Source: Candidatus Sabulitectum sp.
Lineage (GTDB): Bacteria > Fermentibacterota > Fermentibacteria > Fermentibacterales > JCC-6
Length of the DNA: 64,000 nucleotides
Direction of reading: 5' to 3'
Assembly: GCA_021107435.1 (NCBI GenBank)
Contig: JAIOSV010000104.1
Span: 3,641-67,640 of the forward strand
This document shows positions 31,806 through 41,125 of this stretch, one piece after another (the first letter of the stretch is position 1; each line of letters begins with the position of its first letter). The position numbers and the translations under genes were made by a program. Under the pieces are notes generated by a model. It worked only from the letters and a program-made list of their open reading frames with translations, had not been told where the DNA came from and did not search any database.

Positions 31806-32939
31806 CTACCTTGCGCTGTGATCCCAAACTGAAACACTACGGGAAGAAGCAGCTCTGATAATTCCAGAAAGAGAAGCAAGGCACATCAGCCAGAAGAAAT
31901 AGGGCAAACGAAGTGGAGATGGCATTCTAGAGCCGACAACCTTCCCTGCGAAAGCAATAAAATTGAAAACGGTGACACTTAGAAATAGAAGATTCAACGG
32001 TGAATCATATACTGCCAGCAAAACGCTGGCAATGCTGGCTATAATGGCAAAAATACCCATATTCCATCTGAGTATTTTATGAACAGCAAGCTGTAGAGCA
32101 AGGCCAAATCTATTTCTTTTGACAGCCCTGGCAGAGAGAGAAAAAGCCGACCCTATCATCCAGCTTACAATCCGCACCAGACGATGGTACTGGCTGACAT
32201 CATCCGGAGTTGGTTCCACAGCAATTGCACGATGATTGTAAAGACATGCAAAACCCTCAATACGAGTAGATACAGCGGTTTCAAAATCATCAGCCCTTGC
32301 CGGATCCGGGGGATTGTAAAGGCTTTTGCGTACAGCAAAAACTGCTCCGGTGGCCCCTAGAACAGCTCCAATCCTGCTGCCCAGCGCTTTCAGCATCTGT
32401 TCATATCTCCAATAAATAGATTCACATGTGATCGAATTCAAGCTGTTTTGTTTAGAACCATCCACACACCCCACTGTTGGGTCAGCAAAGGGTTCAACCA
32501 GCTCTCTTACTGTGTCGAAATTAAACTGGGTGTTGGCATCGGTAAAAACAAGAATTTCGCCTCTGGCGATTTTCGAAAGTTCCACCATAAGAGCGGATTT
32601 GCCCATCCGTTTTTCTGTTCTCAGGAAGCGTACTCCGTTCCCCCTGAAAGATTCAATAATCTCATCGGTTCTGTCTGTAGACACATCAGATGCTACAAGT
32701 ATCTCAAACCTGTCCTGCGGATAATCCTGAGTAAGAAGATTCTGAAGTCTTTCTCCAATACATTTCTCCTCGTTCCGTGCAGCAACCATCACGCTGACTA
32801 TCGGATACTCCTGAAAAGAAGAACCCTTCCGGCGCGGAAAAAGCAACCCGAGAAGAAAAATAATAAACGGATACACCACCATGGGCAAAAGAATCATGCC
32901 CACAGAGACCTGGAATAGAATTACAAGAACTTCCGTCAG
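31806..32939 (-). CDS. Glycosyltransferase family 2, membrane-associated
   Basis: AARNEE, SDVSTDRT, FTDAN, GATGA, DDF, LRW; start uncertain (32903 or a few codons upstream). Confidence 0.85.
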   Translation of the reverse strand: MTEVLVILFQVSVGMILLPMVVYPFIIFLLGLLFPRRKGSSFQEYPIVSVMVAARNEEKCIGERLQNLLTQDYPQDRFEILVASDVSTDRTDEIIESFRGNGVRFLRTEKRMGKSALMVELSKIARGEILVFTDANTQFNFDTVRELVEPFADPTVGCVDGSKQNSLNSITCESIYWRYEQMLKALGSRIGAVLGATGAVFAVRKSLYNPPDPARADDFETAVSTRIEGFACLYNHRAIAVEPTPDDVSQYHRLVRIVSWMIGSAFSLSARAVKRNRFGLALQLAVHKILRWNMGIFAIIASIASVLLAVYDSPLNLLFLSVTVFNFIAFAGKVVGSRMPSPLRLPYFFWLMCLASLSGIIRAASSRSVSVWDHSAR

Positions 32940-32973
32940 AACAAATCCCTCCCCTCAGGAAAACATCCAGAAT

Positions 32974-34437
32974 TTATAGTGAATCCACTTCTTTACCGCA
33001 ACAAGGATAAGCAATACTGATCAGAAGTGCAAAAATCATCCAGAAGAATGCTCCTGTTTGAGGCCATGGAAGCAGATTATCAACTGCTTGATGAACCCCA
33101 AAAGCGGTAATACCGCAGATCAGCCCCATACCAAGCGATTTGTCGCTGCCGGATCTCAGTAATTTGATAGAGGTCAATCCAATAGCTGCTACAAGAAGCA
33201 AAAGCGACAGAGCAGAAAATATCCCCCCTTTGTAGGGCATTTCAAGGATCATACTGTTCAGACCACCGAATCTTGTTACCTTTTCAATACTGTCCTCATG
33301 CCTTACTTCCCAGAAAGCGTACAGAGATGTTCTGCTGTGGTAAAACTCTCTGCTGCCCCAGCCTGCTCCAACAATTGGAGATTTCATTATATGATTCAGG
33401 AAGCCTTTATAGGATGTATACCTGTGCAGCATGCTTGTGTCCATTATCAGGGAGTTGGTGTCACCAAATACAGTAAGCTGTCTCTTGAATTCATCAGCAT
33501 TGCTCAGCAGCCCGCCCGCAAAAACCATCAATGCAAGAATTGGTACCCACATTTTATTTCTATACCTGTAAATAAGATAGATAAAACACGAAAGTGTTAC
33601 CGTAACAAATCCTCCCCGCGAGAAGGTATACATAACATTCTGGAGACCAAGGAGCGCCGCTGCAAACGCAACTCCTTTCCAGACTCTTTTCTTAAAAAAG
33701 AACATGGATGCCAGCGCAGTAGGTACGAGAAGCTCCAGCACCCCTGAATAGGAATTGGGTCCACCCGAAATAGTGGAATAGACTCTTCCGGCTAGGTCAT
33801 AACCGGAAGCCCTCTCTCCAAAAGTGTCGAGATTCCCGGCATTGTATTGGTAAATCCCATATATAGACATGACCAGGAGCATGAACGTGAGTATTTTAAG
33901 CATTCTCGTAAACCACTCGCCGCGACCGTACCAATCGTAAATAACAGGAATGAGAACCGCAGCTACAAATATCTTGTTGGCTTCCCGAAGAGTGTTGCCC
34001 ACAAGATTATTGTGATAGTGTAAAGACATAAACATTGAGGCAAGTTGAGCAAGGTACGCAGCCAGCAAAATGTAAACGGGTAAAGGGAATCGGGGAAAAT
34101 TCCTGAAACCGGCCACTTTAATAAGCAAGTAGAACAGCGAAGCAGATAGAACAGCGATAGTAGCAACAGCAATATAGAACGGGCCATAGTCAAAAACTCT
34201 GTCGCCAAAGGTGACAGCAACTGGAAGCAGCAGCAGCCAGGTACGAGGATTGGGCATATGATATATCATTGAAAAGAGCACTGGAATAGCGAGAATCACA
34301 AGAAGAACAGGCTTGGGATATGCGAAAAAGATATGAAAATAGGCAAAAATCATGCCCAACAAAAAAATCCAAGTCTTCAAAGAAGGCCTGTAGGCTTCCG
34401 GCTCTCTGTACTTACAGTCCTCCGAAACAAAACTCAC
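32974..34437 (-). CDS. O-antigen ligase / Wzy-like polymerase
   Basis: Multi-TM; RVYST..GPN, TFSRGG, PIVGAGWG. Confidence 0.82.
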   Translation of the reverse strand: MSFVSEDCKYREPEAYRPSLKTWIFLLGMIFAYFHIFFAYPKPVLLVILAIPVLFSMIYHMPNPRTWLLLLPVAVTFGDRVFDYGPFYIAVATIAVLSASLFYLLIKVAGFRNFPRFPLPVYILLAAYLAQLASMFMSLHYHNNLVGNTLREANKIFVAAVLIPVIYDWYGRGEWFTRMLKILTFMLLVMSIYGIYQYNAGNLDTFGERASGYDLAGRVYSTISGGPNSYSGVLELLVPTALASMFFFKKRVWKGVAFAAALLGLQNVMYTFSRGGFVTVTLSCFIYLIYRYRNKMWVPILALMVFAGGLLSNADEFKRQLTVFGDTNSLIMDTSMLHRYTSYKGFLNHIMKSPIVGAGWGSREFYHSRTSLYAFWEVRHEDSIEKVTRFGGLNSMILEMPYKGGIFSALSLLLLVAAIGLTSIKLLRSGSDKSLGMGLICGITAFGVHQAVDNLLPWPQTGAFFWMIFALLISIAYPCCGKEVDSL

Positions 34438-34518
34438 TATTCACACATCCTGGCTGATATTCACTTTTTCAGGGTTCCGGCTGAAGAACTACAAGGCTCT
34501 CCAGCCAGAACCTCCAGC

Positions 34519-34791
34519 TCAGTTCAAACCGGCCACCTCGATGGTTGTCGACCCGTAGATACGACTCTCGGAGAAAGCAACAAGTCTTCCTGCGAGAGCA
34601 GCCTGAGAGCGGGGATCTCTCTCTACAGCTTCTTCGTAAAGAAGAAGCGCAGCGTCGAAGTCTCCATCTTCCATGGCATTCCCGGCAACCGCCAGATATG
34701 CATCGGAAGTGGACGGTATGACTGTCTCCGTTACAGAAGCCAGTAGAACCGTCGGAAGAAGAAGTGCTGTAAGCACCATGATCTTCTTCAT
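34519..34791 (-). CDS. Small secreted TPR-like protein
   Basis: MKKIMVLTALLLPTVLLA signal peptide; GDFDAALLLYEEAVERDP TPR-like repeat; GGAGG RBS. The longer ORF-track version reads through the riboswitches. Confidence 0.75.
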   Translation of the reverse strand: MKKIMVLTALLLPTVLLASVTETVIPSTSDAYLAVAGNAMEDGDFDAALLLYEEAVERDPRSQAALAGRLVAFSESRIYGSTTIEVAGLN

Positions 34792-34829
34792 AAGAGCACC
34801 TCCAAATTCCTCTGCGTATTTCAGCAGAG

Positions 34830-34920
34830 CGTCAGGTAACCCGGCCGTCCTTCCCCCCGAAGAGGAGTTAGGACCCGTAGGCTTTGCGTCCCGGAATCTC
34901 TTCCGGTTTGCGTTTAACAA
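34830..34920 (-). ncRNA. c-di-GMP-I (GEMM-I) riboswitch aptamer 2, variant C at the G20-equivalent position
   Basis: aaacGCAAACCGGAA-GAGA-TTCCGGGACGCAAAGCC..CGGGTCCTAA-hairpin(UUCG)-AAGGACGGCCGGGTTACC. Confidence 0.85.
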
Positions 34921-35015
34921 CGGTAACCCGGCCATCCTTCCTGTTTCCCCAAAACAGGTTAGGATCCGTTGGCTTTGCGTCCCGGAATCTCTTCCGGTTT
35001 GCCAGGCAGTGCTCA
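34921..35015 (-). ncRNA. c-di-GMP-I (GEMM-I) riboswitch aptamer 1, canonical
   Basis: GGCAAACCGGAA-GAGA-TTCCGGGACGCAAAGCC..CGGATCCTAA-hairpin-AAGGATGGCCGGGTTACCG; G20, A47 and C92 equivalents present. Confidence 0.92.
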
Positions 35016-35040
35016 ACCGCCCGACTAAGTATGCTTCAAA

Positions 35041-35847
35041 TCAGCTTCTGAGTAAAGGGGCAGTTACGTACTTGTAATTAACAAAAGTGCCGTAATCCAT
35101 GAACCCGCAGGACTTAATGAGAGAACACCCTGATGAAAGACCGAAAAACGCATTCTCTCGCCTGTGCGTGTCCGAACCAAGAGTAATCCGACTGCCCCCA
35201 AGCTCCGCGTACATCCGGATAACACTTGCTGTGGGATATGTTGTTCCTTCAGGTCTTCGCAATCCGGCAGTATTTACTTCCAGAGCAATTCCACGCTGAA
35301 TCATTGTTTCAAGAATATCCCGTATCAGTGAGTTAAACAAAGCAGTTTCATCAAAATCCACAGCGAGCCCTGCTCTTGCCATTCCCCTTCTGAATATGCC
35401 CATATGGGCAAGAATGTTAATTGGGCACGTCTGTACGATTTTCAGGGTTTCTTTGTAATACTGTTCAACCACTCCCAAAGTGTTCTTCCCAAGAAAAGGT
35501 TTCTCATCAAGAATGAGCCTGTCTTCTATCCAGTGCAGGGCTCCTGTAATGAAATCATATCGGTTTCGGGTAAAGAGCAATTCAGCCTCTTCCCTGTACC
35601 TGTGCGGTTCTCCCAGCTCAAGTCCCCGAAGCACACGAACTCTCTCTGATTCAGCCGTATCAAGCTCCCGGAGATAATCTGATTCGGAAAAGCCGTTGTA
35701 GCAATAGTCAGAAGGATGAAGATCAACATGGGCCACAAAGCCAATGGTTTTCACCCCCGCCTCAAGAGCCATTCGGCAAAGCTCAGTAGCGGAAATGTCA
35801 GCATCAGGAGAAGAAAATGTATGAACATGCATGTCAATGTGTTTCAT
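35041..35847 (-). CDS. PHP-domain histidinol-phosphatase (HisJ/HisK family)
   Basis: DMHVHT, GLELG, ILAH, LEVNTAG, GSDTH. Confidence 0.85.
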   Translation of the reverse strand: MKHIDMHVHTFSSPDADISATELCRMALEAGVKTIGFVAHVDLHPSDYCYNGFSESDYLRELDTAESERVRVLRGLELGEPHRYREEAELLFTRNRYDFITGALHWIEDRLILDEKPFLGKNTLGVVEQYYKETLKIVQTCPINILAHMGIFRRGMARAGLAVDFDETALFNSLIRDILETMIQRGIALEVNTAGLRRPEGTTYPTASVIRMYAELGGSRITLGSDTHRRENAFFGLSSGCSLIKSCGFMDYGTFVNYKYVTAPLLRS

Positions 35848-35956
35848 GAAGTTACGTTCCCCTTAACTATGGCTTAACAATCTAGTATTATAACTTGTTG
35901 GGCTTCGAAAGACGGAGCCTTTCTGAAGATCTTTCCTAATATAACGGGAGAATATT

Positions 35957-36565
35957 ATGAAATCCCTGCTTTTCTTTTCAATTCTGCTTCTTTCTTTTCC
36001 TCTTACTGCCCTGGCTTTTCAAACAGAAACATATGGCTGGGAAGCAACAGATACAGTTCTGGGTATCTACGGCAACGGCATTGCGTCCATTGAAGATACA
36101 AGTCCAGTTTACAATGGGGCCCAATCTCTCAAGTTTGAAGAATCTCCCCTTGGCGGTACACCTCAGGCATACGTAAGCTGGATACAGAATCTCAACGACG
36201 GCGACACTGTAGCTGCTTCATTCTGGGTATATGACGACACTCCCGGTTCCACCTACCCTTCCGGTCGTATCTGGGGCCACTGGAATGATGATCCCTCCGA
36301 CCCCACAGTTTATGACGGAACTGCCAGTGGCAACGAAGATTTCTCTCCTGGAGCAGGCTGGAGTCTTCTTGAATGGGAATGGACCGTTGCTGACGGTCAC
36401 ACCGGTCTTATGGTAGAAGGCAGAATCTATTCATCAACAGAATATGATACCATCTGGTTCGATGACCTCACCATCATTGCTCCCGACGGAGCCACTATCC
36501 TGTTCCCGGATTACGTGGTTTCCCTTGAGAGAAACAGCTGGGGCGCAATCAAGGCTTCTTTCTAA
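35957..36565 (+). CDS. Secreted protein with C-terminal SWGAIKASF motif
   Basis: Signal peptide; beta-sandwich/CBM-like composition; ends SLERNSWGAIKASF. Confidence 0.8.
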   Translation: MKSLLFFSILLLSFPLTALAFQTETYGWEATDTVLGIYGNGIASIEDTSPVYNGAQSLKFEESPLGGTPQAYVSWIQNLNDGDTVAASFWVYDDTPGSTYPSGRIWGHWNDDPSDPTVYDGTASGNEDFSPGAGWSLLEWEWTVADGHTGLMVEGRIYSSTEYDTIWFDDLTIIAPDGATILFPDYVVSLERNSWGAIKASF

Positions 36566-36590
36566 AGCAGGAGTGGATAAAAGCTCAAAT

Positions 36591-36619
36591 ACCCGGCTGC
36601 TTCGGGGTGGCCGGGTTTT
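36591..36619 (+). terminator. Rho-independent terminator between convergent genes
   Basis: acccggctgc-ttcggg-gtggccgggt followed by T's. Confidence 0.6.
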
Positions 36620-37278
36620 CAGTAAGTAACTGCAAGACCGAACATCACAAGATTTCTTGTGAGATCCATGGGAACAGCGAATTCAAAACCAATTGATTCA
36701 GGTATCCATTCCTCTTCGCCAGCCGGAAGACCATACATCACACCTGCGTTAATGCTTTGGTGTAATTTGTTTTCCACCTCGTCCCAGTCATTGTTCCCGT
36801 CAGCATCCTCAGGGATATTTATCACATCCGGACCGTATCCACCGTCCCACCCGGCATACACCTCAAGGGAACTTCCGAAAAGATATCCTGCAGAAACACC
36901 GAATTGCGTGGCAAGAAGCCTGGCCGGTATGATATAGCTTGCTCCCGCGATCAGAGAAAGTGCTCCTCTGTCCCCGGGGTCAAGAATTCCCACTCTTACC
37001 ACAGGACCAATGCCCCAGGCCCTTCCGGAAACTCCTATGTCTATCCTGTCGCTGGCACCCGAAAGAAAAATCAGACCGGGAGAAACAGGCACATCGTCAA
37101 TATCGTCTTCTCCTGCTTCCCTGCGATCATCTGCATTAAAGTAGGCAGGTAATGCAACAGCTCCTGTTACGGTCATGTGGTTTTCTCCCAGGGTTCTGGC
37201 TCCCGTCATTGAGCCGTAGTAACAGCCCTGAACAACTGTTAGAAACGCTGCCAGACAGACCACTTTGAATATTCTCAT
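36619..37278 (-). CDS. Hypothetical lipoprotein / beta-barrel-like protein
   Basis: Lipobox VQGC; amphipathic strands; C-terminal aromatic residue. Confidence 0.65.
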   Translation of the reverse strand: MRIFKVVCLAAFLTVVQGCYYGSMTGARTLGENHMTVTGAVALPAYFNADDRREAGEDDIDDVPVSPGLIFLSGASDRIDIGVSGRAWGIGPVVRVGILDPGDRGALSLIAGASYIIPARLLATQFGVSAGYLFGSSLEVYAGWDGGYGPDVINIPEDADGNNDWDEVENKLHQSINAGVMYGLPAGEEEWIPESIGFEFAVPMDLTRNLVMFGLAVTY

Positions 37279-37373
37279 TGTATTCCCCTCCCATTAAAGC
37301 GGTTGTAATATGATACCCAATAGATAATGCTGAAAGTACTTTTTTTCAACACAATCAGACAAAGGGGAAAATC

Positions 37374-38027
37374 ATGCCAAGAATAGCCATGCTTCTCTCA
37401 GGCTGCGGCAACCTTGACGGTTCGGAAATACACGAAAGCGTCTCCGCGATAATAGCAATTGATCAGAAAGGATGGGATATTGTTTTTACAGCTCCTGACA
37501 TTTCTCAGCGGAAAACTGTTTCATACTTGAACGGGCAGGAACTTCCGTCCAGAAATGCCATGCAGGAAAGTGCCAGAATTGCCCGGGGACGGATTGAGCC
37601 TCTTAGAGAAAGACTTCTCAACGATATTGATGCCATTGTGATTCCGGGAGGACTGGGAGCTGCGTTGACTCTCTGTGATTTCGCTGTAGAGGGCGCAGCC
37701 TGCAACGCACATCCCGAAGTTGATCTCTTCCTGAAAAGTGCCCATAAGAGGGGAATCCCCATTGGAGCAATGTGTATAGCTCCAACCCTGGTAGCAAGAT
37801 GTATTCCCGGCGCAACAGTTACTGTTGGAACAAACCCGGGTACTGCTGAGAAAATCAGAGATATGGGCTGTGAGCATGTTGATTGTCTGGCGGAACAGGT
37901 ACACATAGACAGAGGAAACAGAATAGTTACAACGCCTGCTTACATGACAGCATCAGGACCGGCACAGGTACTGGAAGGAGCAATCAGAATGATCAATGCT
38001 CTGGAGGAGCTGATCAGTCCCAGTTGA
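37374..38027 (+). CDS. elbB: ElbB-like DJ-1/PfpI glyoxalase
   Basis: LSGCGNLDGSEIHE, ESARIARG, PGGLGAA, MCIAP, VTTPAYM. Confidence 0.92.
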   Translation: MPRIAMLLSGCGNLDGSEIHESVSAIIAIDQKGWDIVFTAPDISQRKTVSYLNGQELPSRNAMQESARIARGRIEPLRERLLNDIDAIVIPGGLGAALTLCDFAVEGAACNAHPEVDLFLKSAHKRGIPIGAMCIAPTLVARCIPGATVTVGTNPGTAEKIRDMGCEHVDCLAEQVHIDRGNRIVTTPAYMTASGPAQVLEGAIRMINALEELISPS

Positions 38028-39168
38028 GAAGATCCTCAGCGGACAACCGGACAACACAGGAAGAATAATTTGTGCCTCCTTCAGGAGCGGAGATCTTGCC
38101 AGCCACAATGAATCCCCCATCCTCGGTCTGCACAAGAGAGTAGCATAGAGCATCCCTGTCGATTATTTCTACTGACCAGACAACAGAAAGCCATAGATCA
38201 AATCTTAAAAGAAAGGGGCGGTAGCCCTCTCCAGTTCCCGAATTGGAATTCACAAGGACAACATATCCGGCAGGAGGTACTTCCCGAATGGCATAGGCAT
38301 TATCCGGGCCATCAGTACCCCAGATATAGTCGCTGATGACTTTCCCGTCTTTATCAAAAAAAACAAGAAGCACATCTGAATAACCACTGCTTCCCCTAGT
38401 GCTTCCGGCAACAATATATCCATCATCAGCGGAAGCTGTAACACTTCTTCCCGTCTGATTGCCTTCGAGAGGATGGTTTGCTTTCCAGAGCCAATTCCCC
38501 TGGCTGTCTATTTGCATTAAAAAAACATCTCCGTTATCAGACCCTGTAAGAATGAATCCCGGCTCAGAGCCCAGGGATGGGGTAATCGAACAGGCTGTTT
38601 GATAATGAGGGTCTACATACCTTTTCCGCCAGAGAACCGATCCGGAATCCGACACACACACCGCAAAAATGTTATTGGTTTGCTCTTCACCGTTAACCGA
38701 ATAGCCGACTGCCAGAATATTACCCTCTGGAGTTAGGCAAAAGTCAAGTAATGCGTCATCTTCTTCATAACCGATATCCAAGCTCCAGACAGTGTTACCG
38801 CTGAAGTCCATTTTCAGAACAAGACCCTGTGTGCCGGAAGAATCAGAACATACGCCACAAACAGCAAATCCATCAGACAATCCTTCTATGGCAAATGCCG
38901 ATGCATTCCCAAGAGAAAGGGCGGTATTCTCCCATAGAACAAATCCATCGCGGTCTACTCCGCAAATATTCAGTGCTTTTTCCCCTGAAGTGCCGAGATC
39001 AATTTCACCCACTACAACATATCCACCGGAAGGAGCCTCAGAAACGTCCCATACAACTGAACTGCCACTGTTAGGAAATCCGGCCCACCAGAGAACTTCA
39101 GGCTCTCCTCCACTGGCTGATAGAACAACTGATACAAGCAGCATCCGGCAAAAAAAACCACTTCTCAT
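38014..39168 (-). CDS. Secreted beta-propeller repeat protein
   Basis: Signal peptide; repeated DGGYIVAG/D..G...W blades. Confidence 0.75.
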   Translation of the reverse strand: MRSGFFCRMLLVSVVLSASGGEPEVLWWAGFPNSGSSVVWDVSEAPSGGYVVVGEIDLGTSGEKALNICGVDRDGFVLWENTALSLGNASAFAIEGLSDGFAVCGVCSDSSGTQGLVLKMDFSGNTVWSLDIGYEEDDALLDFCLTPEGNILAVGYSVNGEEQTNNIFAVCVSDSGSVLWRKRYVDPHYQTACSITPSLGSEPGFILTGSDNGDVFLMQIDSQGNWLWKANHPLEGNQTGRSVTASADDGYIVAGSTRGSSGYSDVLLVFFDKDGKVISDYIWGTDGPDNAYAIREVPPAGYVVLVNSNSGTGEGYRPFLLRFDLWLSVVWSVEIIDRDALCYSLVQTEDGGFIVAGKISAPEGGTNYSSCVVRLSAEDLLNWD

Positions 39169-39289
39169 ACAGCCCCCTCACTGCCACTAAATAGATTGAT
39201 TTCAATAGTAAAAGTCAATCCCCTATGAACTTTGCAGTTTCTGTTGTAGAATACGCTCAGAACAAATACCCAAACCTTCTTTCGGAGAT

Positions 39290-40510
39290 TTGATGACTTA
39301 TGATTTTAACAAAATAATTGACAGGGAAAACACAAGCTGCATTAAATGGGACTACCTGAATGCCTTCTTCGGGAAAAACAACCTTAATGCCATGTGGGTA
39401 GCAGACATGGACTTCAAAGTACCACCGGAGATCCTTAAACCTATTGAGGAACGTGCAGCGCATGGTGTATTCGGATACACCGCAAAGTCGGATGAATTCT
39501 ACTCCGCAGTGATCAGCTGGTTCAAAAGAAGATATGACTGGAATATTGAGAAAGACTGGATTGTCACCTCTCCCGGTGTTGTACCAGCTCTAAACCTGAC
39601 TATGCAGGAATTCACAGAAACAGGGGACAATATCATTATCCAGCCTCCTGTGTACTTCCCGTTTAAAAATTCGGTGGAATTGAACGAGAGAAAACTTCTT
39701 GACAACGCACTTATTCTAAGAAATGGACACTACGAAATAGACTGGCTGGATCTGGAAAAGAAAGCGGAATCAGCAGAGATGTTTGTGCTCTGTTCTCCTC
39801 ACAATCCTGTCTCAAGGGTCTGGACCACAGAAGAGCTTGAACACCTTGGAGACATCTGCCAAAGACACAATCTGCTGATCTTCTCTGACGAGATTCATGC
39901 TGACATCGTCTTCAAACCATACAGACACACACCAACGGCAAAAGTAAGCAGTAACCTGGCAAGCAGAACAATCGCCGCATACGCCACCAGCAAAACATTC
40001 AATCTGGCCGGTCTTCAACTGTCTGTGAATATTGTCCCTGATGATGAGATCAGGAAGAAGTTCAAGTTAACAATTGAGAGACTGCATTTATGCATGTCAA
40101 ACATCTTTGGAATACTAGGCACGCAGGCAGCATACAATCACGGAGAGCAGTGGCTCGATGAGCTTATTCCCTATCTCCGGCAGAATTACCTGACGGTCAG
40201 AAATTATCTTCGGGAAAACGTTCCCGAAATTACAGTGATTAAACCGGAGGGAACATTTCTTCTCTGGCTTGACTGCCGGAAACTGGGGCTGAATGATGAG
40301 GAACTTGCAGCATTCTTTGTGCAAAAGGCCAATCTGGCTCTTACAAACGGAATCATGTTCGGTCCCGGAGGAAGCGGTTTCATGCGAATGAACATCGGTT
40401 GCCCGAAACAGAACATCATAAAAGGTCTGGAAAGCATAAAGAAGGCAATGGCCGATGATTCGCCAATCTTAACAGACTCCGGCCCTGCCAATACCCCGGA
40501 TGATTGTTGA
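39290..40510 (+). CDS. MalY/PatB-family cystathionine beta-lyase
   Basis: MWVADMDF, HGVFGY, LCSPHNP, SDEIHAD, SKTFNLAG. Confidence 0.93.
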   Translation: MMTYDFNKIIDRENTSCIKWDYLNAFFGKNNLNAMWVADMDFKVPPEILKPIEERAAHGVFGYTAKSDEFYSAVISWFKRRYDWNIEKDWIVTSPGVVPALNLTMQEFTETGDNIIIQPPVYFPFKNSVELNERKLLDNALILRNGHYEIDWLDLEKKAESAEMFVLCSPHNPVSRVWTTEELEHLGDICQRHNLLIFSDEIHADIVFKPYRHTPTAKVSSNLASRTIAAYATSKTFNLAGLQLSVNIVPDDEIRKKFKLTIERLHLCMSNIFGILGTQAAYNHGEQWLDELIPYLRQNYLTVRNYLRENVPEITVIKPEGTFLLWLDCRKLGLNDEELAAFFVQKANLALTNGIMFGPGGSGFMRMNIGCPKQNIIKGLESIKKAMADDSPILTDSGPANTPDDC

Positions 40511-40538
40511 TAGGAATACTTCAAAGAGCTGGATGCTC

Positions 40539-40862
40539 TTAAAGAACAAACCTGATCTGATACTTTTTCAAGTCTATTCTGCCGGATTTCCTGAAGACTA
40601 TCCCCTCACTCTCCAGCAATACTCTCTGAAGAGATCTGTCATCATCACCCTGAAGGGTTTTCCGCAAGCTGATCTCACCCTTTGAGTTCACCACCCGGTG
40701 CCAGGGTATCCCGTCGCCGGCAGGTACCGCTCGAAGAGCATATCCAACAGATCTGGATGCCCTCGGGCTACCAACCATTATCGCGATCTGGCCATAGGTC
40801 ATAACTGCTCCTGGAGGAATCATTGCAACGATATTGTGTACTTTTTTGAAAAAATCTCCCAC
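40539..40862 (-). CDS. MGMT family alkyltransferase-like protein (Atl)
   Basis: IPPG..MTYGQIA, PWHRVVN (Trp in place of catalytic Cys); GTG start with AGGAG RBS. Confidence 0.88.
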   Translation of the reverse strand: MGDFFKKVHNIVAMIPPGAVMTYGQIAIMVGSPRASRSVGYALRAVPAGDGIPWHRVVNSKGEISLRKTLQGDDDRSLQRVLLESEGIVFRKSGRIDLKKYQIRFVL

Positions 40863-40904
40863 ACTCTTCTCCTTTTTTTTCTCGGCAGTAAATATATTAC
40901 CATC

Positions 40905-41044
40905 GTCGGCAGCGTCAGGGAAGCAGGTTAAACTCCTGCGCGGCCCCGCCGCTGTAACCGGAAACGAAACCGTAACAAACCATTGCAGCAATGCGAGAAG
41001 GCACGGGAGTAGGAAGTCCGGAAGCCAGAAGACCTTCTGCCGGC
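40905..41044 (+). ncRNA. Cobalamin riboswitch
   Basis: AGGGAA-GCAGG-TTAAACT-CCTGC-GCGGCCCCGCCGCTGTAA, CCATTG..GAGAAGG, B12-box AAGCCAGAAGACC; P1 gtcggcag/ctgccggc. Confidence 0.92.
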
Positions 41045-41125
41045 AGTTGTTTATCTTCACCTTCGCGGGAAGGGTGGAGGGATGTTCCCTGCATTTTTTC
41101 ACGCGGCCGAAATCAGGAGTTTAAA

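Noticed and set aside
34792-35016. N-terminal extension of ORF 34519..35016
   Set aside because: It translates the two riboswitch aptamers; a strong RBS and signal peptide begin at 34791.
40863-41125. Long N-terminal extensions of ORFs 40539..41102 and 40991..42316
   Set aside because: They overlap the cobalamin riboswitch; better starts with RBS exist at 40862 (-) and 41126 (+).
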